Translations under genes and position numbers: made by a program
Sequence record: NC_042100.1
Direction: 5' to 3' (one strand)
Length of the DNA stretch: 64,000 nt
Shown here: positions 56,147 to 64,000 of the stretch, in pieces
Layout: every line of letters starts with the position of its first letter
Position numbering within the stretch: position 1 is the stretch's first letter
The notes under the pieces: model-generated
What the model was told of the DNA's origin: nothing
The model's database searches: none
The model's input: only the letters and a program-made list of their open reading frames with translations

Positions 56147-57761
56147 AGAATCACCAGAAATCAAACGTCCTAAACTACGTGAAACTCATACCGCGGAAAA
56201 CACAACCATGAAAGAGGGTCACACTCCCTCTGTGTTAGGTACGATGGATAAACTTCCGGAAGGCGAAGATCCATCTCTGAATATCTTGTTGGGGACAGGT
56301 AAGGATAATTTCTACAACATCCTTACGTTGTCAATGGCTTGGGCACAATATCAAGCCGCGGTTTCTGAGGGACGAGCATCTAAAGCTGAAATCACTCGTC
56401 ACAAAAAGAACTATACCGACTTAGCGGAGAAACACTACCCGGATATGACGGAGGAAGAGATCGAGGAGATGATGTCCCATTTCCTTAGTTTCCACCGTAA
56501 TCTCGTAGAGCTTCCTTACTTCCGTCATAAGTCTATGCGTGAGCGTCCTTGGGAAAACCTAAGTGAAATTGCGGATGGTAAAGTTGAAGCAGATGTGGTC
56601 CCACGTTACCCGGGTATTAAGAATGAAGCCATGGCGCTTAGTGAACGCATGCAACGTTCCTCACAGCGCAAGAGCCGCACCCCGAATGGTTACGACGTGT
56701 TGTTCCGTGATTCGTTCATCCAAGTTCGTCTAGAACCTAGTTCTATTATTGAACTCGGTCGTCTCATCGATCGCATCAATAAAGAAATCCATGGTTACGT
56801 GAGAGAGTACAACGGTAACTCGATGACACTTATCCGTGCAGCGATCTACCGGGTGTTCTGGAATTACATCTCTGAGAAAATCGTGAGCCATTCGGTTAGT
56901 GATGTCGATGATCCTCGTGATCTTTCTCGTTACATTAAACTGAGTGACATTCGTGCACTGTTCATTGAACTCATGACAGAGTTGGCAGAAGACGGGCTTC
57001 CGGTACAACTTTATTGTAACCAAGATCAATGTGATTGGACAGGTTATGTTAAGGCTGATCCTGCGCTTCTTCTTTGGCATGATAAATCGGTATTAAGTGG
57101 TGATCAGGCTGCCGCACTTGGTAACCTAAAGAACTTCACCACCAAGTTCAAAGCCGAAGAAGTATTGGAGTTACAAAAACAATTCCAGTTCCTCAGCAAC
57201 GATGACATCATGTTCCATGAAGACACACACAAGCTTCGTCTAGAACAACCATCGTTAAGTGAATATTTCTTGGCTTACGATACGTTCATGGAGTACATCG
57301 AACCATCAATCCGTGAACTACGTACAAGTACACTAGATGACAAAACATTCGATGAAAAGTTGGGTGTGTTGATTGACACGGTGCGTGGTCTTGAATACCT
57401 ACACTGGGCGTCTGAGCTTACGATCTTCCCAGAACCGGGTGCCGATGAAGAACCAGAGGTATTTACTCGAAGTGAAAACCCAGTGGAGTTCTTTAATGGT
57501 CTATTGCCGATCATTAACAACTCGGATGATGCAACGACCAAATTGATTCGTTGGTGTGTTGAGAACGGTCCTGAAATGTCTTCTGTGGTGACGGGCATGA
57601 GTAACGCGACTTGTCCTAAGTGTGGTAAAGACACCAACGGCGGTCACACGTCACACGGCATTACACCGTTCGACCCATTCATGGGTTTTTTCATCCTGAC
57701 CCGCCAAACGATTTCCGACCTGTCAGTCAAACGCGGGATAGTGTCAGTGAACACCCTCTGA
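56139..57761 (+). CDS. Conserved phiKZ-like protein with Cys motifs
   Basis: 540 aa with CNQDQC and a C-terminal CPKC. Confidence 0.7.
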   Translation: MSEESPEIKRPKLRETHTAENTTMKEGHTPSVLGTMDKLPEGEDPSLNILLGTGKDNFYNILTLSMAWAQYQAAVSEGRASKAEITRHKKNYTDLAEKHYPDMTEEEIEEMMSHFLSFHRNLVELPYFRHKSMRERPWENLSEIADGKVEADVVPRYPGIKNEAMALSERMQRSSQRKSRTPNGYDVLFRDSFIQVRLEPSSIIELGRLIDRINKEIHGYVREYNGNSMTLIRAAIYRVFWNYISEKIVSHSVSDVDDPRDLSRYIKLSDIRALFIELMTELAEDGLPVQLYCNQDQCDWTGYVKADPALLLWHDKSVLSGDQAAALGNLKNFTTKFKAEEVLELQKQFQFLSNDDIMFHEDTHKLRLEQPSLSEYFLAYDTFMEYIEPSIRELRTSTLDDKTFDEKLGVLIDTVRGLEYLHWASELTIFPEPGADEEPEVFTRSENPVEFFNGLLPIINNSDDATTKLIRWCVENGPEMSSVVTGMSNATCPKCGKDTNGGHTSHGITPFDPFMGFFILTRQTISDLSVKRGIVSVNTL

Positions 57762-57817
57762 TACCCGGTTTAGCCACAGGTGGGTCCTTTAATTATTATC
57801 GAGATAAAATTAAAGGG

Positions 57818-58216
57818 TTGGATCCAGATGCAATTGGAGATGTTCAACATCAAACCATTGCTTTGATCTTACACCGTGCTGCTTACGGTCGACTCAATGG
57901 ACCACTGGAACCCGGTGATGATATTCGTCTCATTGAAGATGAAAAAGATTACAGTCATCCTTGGTCCATTGAACAACGAGCACACACTTACGCGTTTTAT
58001 GAGCTCAAGGAGATCTTTGGAGACATAAACACTTACATGTCGTTTCCTCCAAAGGTTGCCGCTCAAATAGTTAAGGGGATGCGTAAGGGTTCTGAAGAAC
58101 TCATGGAACGAAGACGTCAAGCAGACATTAGTCGTGGTAAGTCTTCCGAACAACGTAGTTTAGAAGAACAACTGGATGAATTGTCCAAAATGGAAATATC
58201 CAGCGGGTCTAATTAA
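57818..58216 (+). CDS. Conserved hypothetical protein
   Basis: 132-aa ORF with a TTG start, followed by a terminator. Confidence 0.6.
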   Translation: MDPDAIGDVQHQTIALILHRAAYGRLNGPLEPGDDIRLIEDEKDYSHPWSIEQRAHTYAFYELKEIFGDINTYMSFPPKVAAQIVKGMRKGSEELMERRRQADISRGKSSEQRSLEEQLDELSKMEISSGSN

Positions 58217-58218
58217 CT

Positions 58219-58244
58219 GATGTCCGTCCTGATGGGCGGGCATC
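58219..58244 (+). terminator. Intrinsic terminator
   Basis: GATGTCCGTCC-TGAT-GGGCGGGCATC followed by TTTTTT. Confidence 0.7.
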
Positions 58245-58271
58245 TTTTTTGCAATCCTATGTCTCTTCCAA

Positions 58272-58850
58272 ATGAACAAAGGAGTTATTGTCATGGGTAA
58301 ATACACCCCACCTAAAGAAGAACAAACGTTTGACCAAGTTGAAAAGCCAGTGGTCGAAACCAAAGAAGAAGTTCACTTAGCAGAAGAATCTGAAAAGTTC
58401 GATGCCGGTGAAGCACCAGCAGTAACGATTTTGAATGAGCGTATTGACAAATTCATTATGTTGCTGGCAGACCGTCGTAACGTACCAAGTGAGAACTACG
58501 GTAAAGAACAACTGGAATTCATGGCTGCCATGGATGAGTTGATTAAACAGCCGTACGACGTGTTCTCAACCGTTATGGATAAATTAGTTAACCGTGTTCG
58601 CCTAGAACCTAAAGCGTTCTCTATGGACCGCCTGTTTGTCCACACAATGCATCCTGAAGTAAAGGCTGCTAAGAATGACATCTATTTGCAAAAACACATT
58701 GCGTTGCTTTCAGCGATTGTGACACTAGGTCGTAATTTGAAAGATCGTCAACGTGTTGGTCGTCAAGTGGATATTGTGATGTTAACGAAAGGTTACCATC
58801 CTAAAGTAGCACAAAACCTACAAAACTACTTTAACCGAGTCTACAGTTAA
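58272..58850 (+). CDS. Conserved hypothetical protein
   Basis: 192-aa ORF. AAGGAG suggests the start is the second Met (MGKY). Confidence 0.7.
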   Translation: MNKGVIVMGKYTPPKEEQTFDQVEKPVVETKEEVHLAEESEKFDAGEAPAVTILNERIDKFIMLLADRRNVPSENYGKEQLEFMAAMDELIKQPYDVFSTVMDKLVNRVRLEPKAFSMDRLFVHTMHPEVKAAKNDIYLQKHIALLSAIVTLGRNLKDRQRVGRQVDIVMLTKGYHPKVAQNLQNYFNRVYS

Positions 58851-58864
58851 CAACGTCAGTAAGT

Positions 58865-58898
58865 TAAGCTCTCCTACCTTAACGGGTAGGAGAGCTTA
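58865..58898 (+). terminator. Intrinsic terminator
   Basis: TAAGCTCTCCTACC-TTAACG-GGTAGGAGAGCTTA followed by TTTTTT. Confidence 0.8.
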
Positions 58899-58917
58899 TT
58901 TTTTAACATACAGATTA

Positions 58918-58942
58918 TTTCAGATCTATATAGTCTAGGTGT
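58918..58942 (+). promoter_or_regulatory. Class I phage promoter motif
   Basis: TTTCAGATCTATATAGTCTAGGTGT. Confidence 0.7.
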
Positions 58943-59001
58943 ATAGACATAGGTATATACATTAAACTTAATTTAACTAACCTTTAATAAGGAATACTAT
59001 C

Positions 59002-59361
59002 ATGGAAATTTCAGCAGTAAACAAATACCGTCTAGCTATCGGCGCAGCAACAGTAGTTAACACAGCAGTAGCAGAGAAAGCATTTGATTCTCGTGGTATC
59101 GCACTTTACCATGCGATCTCAGGTACCGTAGCATTAGGAGCTAGTGCGCTAGCTCCTAAAGTAGATGAGGAGCAAGGAGAAGAGTACACGTACACGGATG
59201 CGGCACTGACGTTCGTAGGTGGAGTTATCGGTGGTACTGTATTATCAGGCGTATTCAAAGGCATCGGTACTCTACTATCTAAAGAAGCAGAAGACGAAGC
59301 AGACGCAGAAGAGATTGCTAACGTAATCGAAGAAGTAACTGGTCTAACACCAGAAGACTAA
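59002..59361 (+). CDS. Small membrane-associated protein with acidic tail
   Basis: 119 aa with hydrophobic Gly/Ala segments (AISGTVALGASALA; ALTFVGGVIGGTVLSGVFKGIGTLL). Own promoter and terminator. Confidence 0.75.
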   Translation: MEISAVNKYRLAIGAATVVNTAVAEKAFDSRGIALYHAISGTVALGASALAPKVDEEQGEEYTYTDAALTFVGGVIGGTVLSGVFKGIGTLLSKEAEDEADAEEIANVIEEVTGLTPED

Positions 59362-59370
59362 AATAAATAT

Positions 59371-59402
59371 AACTCCTACTACCCATCTGGGTAGTAGGAG
59401 TT
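59371..59402. terminator. Bidirectional terminator
   Basis: AACTCCTACTACCC-ATCT-GGGTAGTAGGAGTT. Confidence 0.8.
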
Positions 59403-59423
59403 TGTTCTCTTATTTTTTTTTCT

Positions 59424-61271
59424 TTATGCTGCCATCGGAAGTGGTTCGCCGAACTCTTCTTCGTAAAGCTCTGGGAACAACTCATCCATTTCTTCATAGC
59501 TAGGGAAACGATGTAACGTTGTACATAGTGACACCGCATTCGCTTTTGGAGAAGATGCGTAGTTAACCCCTACTTCACGGAACTGTAGTGGATTCAATCC
59601 TTGAATCGCACAAGCTTCGATCTTGGTGGTCTTATTGGAAATATTTAAGGCCACCGTTGCGGTAGGATAAGCACCCTCTACGTCGATGTCATCAGTAAGA
59701 CCTCGGCCTCGAGAACGAATCCCCGGCATCCCAATGAATACCGCTTTACCATTGTCCGCGTTTTTCTCTGTTTCTAACAATGCGATCCAATCACCCAAGG
59801 TAGGTTTATGGACGTCCAGTTTCTTATCTGGGTCGTCTTTAGAACCTCTGCCTTTAGTTCCCCAAATGTAACCAGCTTCTTCCGCGATGAACGAAAGTTC
59901 GTTAGAGATACATTTTGGTTGCGAAGGGTAATCAAAGAACTCCGTGGATTTCAATAGCAACGGTAAGTTAAGTGCAACGTCATTTGTTTTCTCATCCATC
60001 TCTTCAATAACTAAGTTATCAGAGATGTTGTACATGCAGTATTCGAACTTAGCGTACTTTTGCATCCAACGGTGCCAAGCACCCTTACCTTGTGTCAGGT
60101 GTGAGCCTTTGTCCGTGTAAAGCTTACCCTCGATGCCGTTGTCTTGAGCAGTGTATTCCAATGAGTAAGATTCTTTCTTACCCTTAGGTGCGTTTTTAAT
60201 TGCATAGAAGCTAGCGCCATCCAACCATTGCCATTTAGCAGCAGCACGAACAGTAGGGAATTGTTCTTGCCACTCAAGCGGTTGAGAATCACCGTTTTCT
60301 TTACGTTTATGAGTACGACCTTTATCGTATTTGTAGTAACGGAACTCACGAGGAATAGACGGGTCAGTGTAAACTTCTTCTAAGTCACGACCACCCATGA
60401 TAAGTGCGTGTTCATTACGTTGCATATCGTAGGACGCGTTCCAAGAACTGATAAAGTCCGGTTCCCACATGTGCCAAACTTTGATATTGTTTTCAACACA
60501 CTCTGCTTGATCATCAACTAAATTGTAATGAACTTCCGCATTACGTTTGCGGAGACGTTCACCGATAAGTTCTTCTTCAGCTTCTTTCAATCCCTTTAGG
60601 ATGTCTTCATCTTTCATCCCTTCAAAGAAACTACGAACTACAGAGAAAAAGATTTTCTCTTTCATCGTAGTGGAAGCCATGATGACGTCTTCACCATCAC
60701 CATTAACCATATCGGTCTCTACGTCGTATGCCGCCAGAGTTGCAGGTTCAGTTTCTTGGTAATCAGGATAGCGTTCAAAATACTTGCGTTTAATTAACAC
60801 CGGGACTGAAGACTCACAACCAAAGACGTAGGGATTGGATTTAACCATCAGTAAGTCGGCACCTCGGTCATTGATCCCGTACAACACTCGTTTAATACTC
60901 ATCGCTAATCGAGCTTGAGTAGAGCGATATTTTTTAACTAAACGCTTATCGATGTAGTCTTTCTTTTGATTAAATTTTCTATACTTCTCTTTTACGATAT
61001 AAAAGTCTCTAACATAGTCAGCCACTTTTAAAAACTGATTTGTGCGGTCACCATTCTCATGGATGGTGGTTTGCTTAATAAACGTCATGTCCTTAAGAGG
61101 ATCTCGTTTCGACGGAACATATACCGCGTGTTTACACACTTTTCCTTTAACAGGAGATTCGCTCGAAGGCGGCGTGTAACTATAATCCATTTCAGCCTTC
61201 CTCATTTTATGACTGGATTCTATTAGGTCTAGTATAATGCGCATTGTAGTAAATTTAAAAAGGTAATCCAC
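59424..61271 (-). CDS. Split family-B DNA polymerase, N-terminal exonuclease subunit (phiKZ gp82-like)
   Basis: ExoI AYDVETD, ExoII SWNASYDM, ExoIII YCMYNISD, and polymerase motif A DIDVEGAYPT. The true start is probably the ATG at 61190 or 61205. Confidence 0.88.
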   Translation of the reverse strand: MDYLFKFTTMRIILDLIESSHKMRKAEMDYSYTPPSSESPVKGKVCKHAVYVPSKRDPLKDMTFIKQTTIHENGDRTNQFLKVADYVRDFYIVKEKYRKFNQKKDYIDKRLVKKYRSTQARLAMSIKRVLYGINDRGADLLMVKSNPYVFGCESSVPVLIKRKYFERYPDYQETEPATLAAYDVETDMVNGDGEDVIMASTTMKEKIFFSVVRSFFEGMKDEDILKGLKEAEEELIGERLRKRNAEVHYNLVDDQAECVENNIKVWHMWEPDFISSWNASYDMQRNEHALIMGGRDLEEVYTDPSIPREFRYYKYDKGRTHKRKENGDSQPLEWQEQFPTVRAAAKWQWLDGASFYAIKNAPKGKKESYSLEYTAQDNGIEGKLYTDKGSHLTQGKGAWHRWMQKYAKFEYCMYNISDNLVIEEMDEKTNDVALNLPLLLKSTEFFDYPSQPKCISNELSFIAEEAGYIWGTKGRGSKDDPDKKLDVHKPTLGDWIALLETEKNADNGKAVFIGMPGIRSRGRGLTDDIDVEGAYPTATVALNISNKTTKIEACAIQGLNPLQFREVGVNYASSPKANAVSLCTTLHRFPSYEEMDELFPELYEEEFGEPLPMAA

Positions 61272-61273
61272 AT

Positions 61274-62602
61274 ATGATCAATAACAAATTTCTTAACCCG
61301 CCGGTTCAAGTTGCGGGGTTAGAGTTTATGGATTTCCAATCTCGTGATTTCTTTAACAAAATGGTTGCTTTGTTTGAGCCTGTTATCGAGGACGGTCAAC
61401 TCACAGACCTTCCTGCGGGTATGTTGGAAGTTATCAAAGATTACACGGGGTTTGAAAACCTTAACTTCAACCTAATCGATTACGCCAACTTAGCGATCGA
61501 TGCAGGGTACGTTTCTCCGGGGAATATCCTAAATAGTAAGGATATTGAATACTACTTACCTAAAACCCAAACCAACCTTTATCGTTGGTTCACACAAAAC
61601 CAAAGTAACTTGATGCGTGGTACGATCGACTTCCGTACAGGTAAAGTAGGTGGTGCTTACGCAACCATGCCGTTTGAAGTTTACATTAACTTCAATCTCA
61701 CGGATTTCATGGAATTAAAAACACCAAAAGAAATGGCGGAAAGACTAGTGGCTTTCATCACACATGAAATCGGCCATGCGTTTTCTGGTGTGTTTTCGAT
61801 CCACCGTACTTTAGTAGATTCTTACGCCATCACTTCTGCGGTACACTTCCTAAGTAATTCGTCTCACGGTCAAAGTGAAATCGCGATCTTTAAAGATACA
61901 CTCCGTATTATGGAGATTGACCAAAAGCAGGTGAAAGACTTAGAGAAAATCGCTGAGTCCGGTAACCAAGAAATCATCGTCACCAGTCTATTGAAGCTTA
62001 GTCAACAACGCACTCAAATGAACTCCCGTTCTCTCGGTGTGGATTTGATGAATTCCGAAGTACTGGCAGACGTTTATGCTGTTCGCATGGGTTGTGATAA
62101 AGCTCTGCTAGAAGGCACTCATGAACTAAACAATGGGTTCCTTAAAGAAGCCATATTAGGTACCGCAATGGGTTCTTTCATGACCGCGATCATAGTAGGT
62201 GGTGCTGTCCCAATGTTAGGTCCTATCGTTGCGGCGTTCTTTATCTCATGTATGGCGTTCGGTCTGGTGTTCTTTAACATGACCATGAGTTCTGATATCT
62301 ACGACACCCCATATCGTCGTTTATTGAATATCTTCCAAGAACAAATCCAACGCCTTAAACAATCTAAAACGTTGTCTTCATCAGAGAAACGTAAGATGTT
62401 AAATGAGTTAGATCAAAACCTTAAGGTCATCAAAGAAGCGAAACCGTTCTTTGAAGACACGGCGGTACAGCGTTTGTTCACTTGGTTTTCCTCTGAAGGT
62501 TCTCCACGCTACGATGCCTTGGAGCACTACACCAAAATCATCTTGAACAACGAGATGTCCCTAGTCAACAGCAAAGTTCAACTTTTAGGTACAGGAGCGT
62601 GA
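61274..62602 (+). CDS. Virion head protein with HExxH motif (phiKZ gp83-region-like)
   Basis: N-terminal AGLE/FMDFQ processing-like site, ITHEIGHAF, EVLADVYA, and a long hydrophobic segment. Confidence 0.65.
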   Translation: MINNKFLNPPVQVAGLEFMDFQSRDFFNKMVALFEPVIEDGQLTDLPAGMLEVIKDYTGFENLNFNLIDYANLAIDAGYVSPGNILNSKDIEYYLPKTQTNLYRWFTQNQSNLMRGTIDFRTGKVGGAYATMPFEVYINFNLTDFMELKTPKEMAERLVAFITHEIGHAFSGVFSIHRTLVDSYAITSAVHFLSNSSHGQSEIAIFKDTLRIMEIDQKQVKDLEKIAESGNQEIIVTSLLKLSQQRTQMNSRSLGVDLMNSEVLADVYAVRMGCDKALLEGTHELNNGFLKEAILGTAMGSFMTAIIVGGAVPMLGPIVAAFFISCMAFGLVFFNMTMSSDIYDTPYRRLLNIFQEQIQRLKQSKTLSSSEKRKMLNELDQNLKVIKEAKPFFEDTAVQRLFTWFSSEGSPRYDALEHYTKIILNNEMSLVNSKVQLLGTGA

Positions 62603-62603
62603 C

Positions 62604-63014
62604 ATGTCACACCTAAGTAAAGTCATTAAATTAAACACAGTACTAGCAGAAAAAGAGTTAGCACAAAGTCCATCTGTTCAAGCATTGATCGTAGAGTCTG
62701 CTATGATTCGTGCTTCGGTTGCTTACGCGCACGCTAAAAGCGGGGTTGAAGGTGCAGGGTTATCTGAATCCGTTCGTGAAGACATCCATAAAGCGGTAGA
62801 GAAGTGGAACGAAGTTTCTCCTATCAACCACCGTCATGTGATCAACTCGGTTGGTGGTGCGATCCAACGCCTTTACAACCAAGCACTCGCGGGTTGTGAG
62901 TTCCGTCCTATCGAAGTCGGGTTAGATGAACTGGACTTCAACCTAATGGAGTTACCGGAATATAAAGAACTGTTCCGTTGTTTGTTAACTGAGTTAATCG
63001 AAGATAACCGATAA
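62604..63014 (+). CDS. Probable virion protein
   Basis: 136-aa ORF with RBS AGGAG, in the structural operon. Confidence 0.6.
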   Translation: MSHLSKVIKLNTVLAEKELAQSPSVQALIVESAMIRASVAYAHAKSGVEGAGLSESVREDIHKAVEKWNEVSPINHRHVINSVGGAIQRLYNQALAGCEFRPIEVGLDELDFNLMELPEYKELFRCLLTELIEDNR

Positions 63015-63024
63015 GGAGCACGTA

Positions 63025-64000
63025 ATGAGTAAGTCCCCTAATTTCATCTCTATGGGTACCGACTCGACTTCCGGTGTAAGTTTGACTGATGATCGTCAAA
63101 TCATAGATCTTGACGATCATTACGATGACAAAGCAACCGAAGAAGAAACGAAAGCTATTGCTGAGTATCTGTCTTCTGGTAAGTTGAGTAAGAAAGCACT
63201 GCAAGCCCAAAACGTCGAAGGTCAAGAACGTTTCGAACCGGGAACCACTGTGTTGAACGGCGTATTGGGTGGTGAGTCTTTTCTGCAAAGTATCGTAAAA
63301 GGTGCTGCCGACTTTGTTAAGAAAGTCATCAAAATGATCGCGGATGCCGCTCGCTGGTTGACAGAGAAAGTTCGTCAGTTCACGACTTACTTTAGTGATA
63401 TCCGAGAGATCCAGAAAACGGAAGAGATGATGCGTGAGATCGAAGCCAAGCTTATGGAGCTCGGTGGACCGTCTATGCTCATCCCTAACGTGGAAGAACT
63501 CTTTGGTAAAGATAAGGTCGTCGCACGTCGTGTCTCGGTCGTACGCATGTTGCGAGACCGCAACAAAACGGTCATCGAAGCAGCGGCTAAGTTATCCGAG
63601 TCGTCACCTCAAATCAAAGAGTTGATCCTTTCACTGAACTCACAAGAATTCAGTGCACGTCGAGTGAAAGATCAGTTTGATAAGTCAGTCGCCCATATCC
63701 GTAAACGCTTTAAAGAGAACTCCCTTACTTTAGAAGACGTAACTTTATGGGAAGCACAAGTCAGTGATCTTGTTGCACAAAACTTACAACCTCATAAACT
63801 GAAAGCATCGTTCTCTAAACTAGCATCTATTGTGTCACTGGATCAAGAACTCAGTGACACTGTACAAGCCGAAGATCGCTTTGCTGAGTTTTATGAAACC
63901 CTTCGCAAAAACCAAGAGTTGGCTAAAGAAGAGTTATCGGTTAAAGACTTTGCTGCCTTTGCCCAACAAGGTAACGCGATGCGCGACATGGTTGCTCAAA
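63025..64000 (+). CDS. Probable internal head protein, 3'-truncated by the window (absent from the ORF track)
   Basis: RBS AGGAG, then MSKSPNFISMG..., with an acidic propeptide, a GGE/SF site and the amphipathic helix FLQSIVKGAADFVKKVIKMIADAARWL. The track gives no stop for this frame, consistent with run-off at the window end. Confidence 0.7.
   Translation, partial: MSKSPNFISMGTDSTSGVSLTDDRQIIDLDDHYDDKATEEETKAIAEYLSSGKLSKKALQAQNVEGQERFEPGTTVLNGVLGGESFLQSIVKGAADFVKKVIKMIADAARWLTEKVRQFTTYFSDIREIQKTEEMMREIEAKLMELGGPSMLIPNVEELFGKDKVVARRVSVVRMLRDRNKTVIEAAAKLSESSPQIKELILSLNSQEFSARRVKDQFDKSVAHIRKRFKENSLTLEDVTLWEAQVSDLVAQNLQPHKLKASFSKLASIVSLDQELSDTVQAEDRFAEFYETLRKNQELAKEELSVKDFAAFAQQGNAMRDMVAQ

Noticed and set aside
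591-63625. Numerous 60-180-aa ORFs antisense to or overlapping long genes (e.g. 1727-2179, 10129-10359, 50632-51174, 62938-63288)
   Set aside because: They lie wholly within well-supported genes, lack RBSs, and look like shadow ORFs.
1-64000. tRNA, tmRNA or rRNA genes
   Set aside because: No cloverleaf, T-loop/CCA or rRNA signature was recognised by eye. A tRNAscan-SE/ARAGORN run would be decisive.

Overview
This window is a 64-kb segment of a nucleus-forming phiKZ-like jumbo phage (Chimalliviridae). The assignment rests on motifs and synteny. Core genes: a large Ig-like-repeat structural protein (5' end outside the window), the terminase large subunit, dTMP kinase, PhuZ tubulin, both halves of the split family-B DNA polymerase, chimallin (nuclear shell), non-virion RNA polymerase subunits (phiKZ gp55, gp68, gp71-73 and gp74 equivalents), a probable PicA/Imp1 import factor, an SbcD/Mre11 nuclease, an SF2 helicase, a virion RNAP beta' piece (gp80-like) and head proteins with S/A/G-x-E processing motifs. 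Two self-splicing elements are visible. An ORF-less 399-nt group I intron (33831-34229) splits the RNAP catalytic motif NADFDG/DQM. A 293-aa class 3 (W-C-T) intein that starts with Glu sits in the terminase Walker A motif. The most unusual accessory locus is 18265-22486: three genes made only of AraC DNA-binding domains (seven in total), bracketed by a directly repeated promoter box, then a ~430-nt highly structured putative ncRNA whose first helix starts at the predicted +1. Also seen: two phage promoter classes, a CCTAC/GTAGG terminator family, a G-quadruplex plus iteron-like intergenic region, a paralog array, a 42-aa membrane microprotein missed by the ORF track, and a probable catalytically dead prohead-protease paralog. 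The phiKZ gp-number equivalences come from recalled gene order and motifs, not from database searches. No tRNA, rRNA or CRISPR array was recognised.
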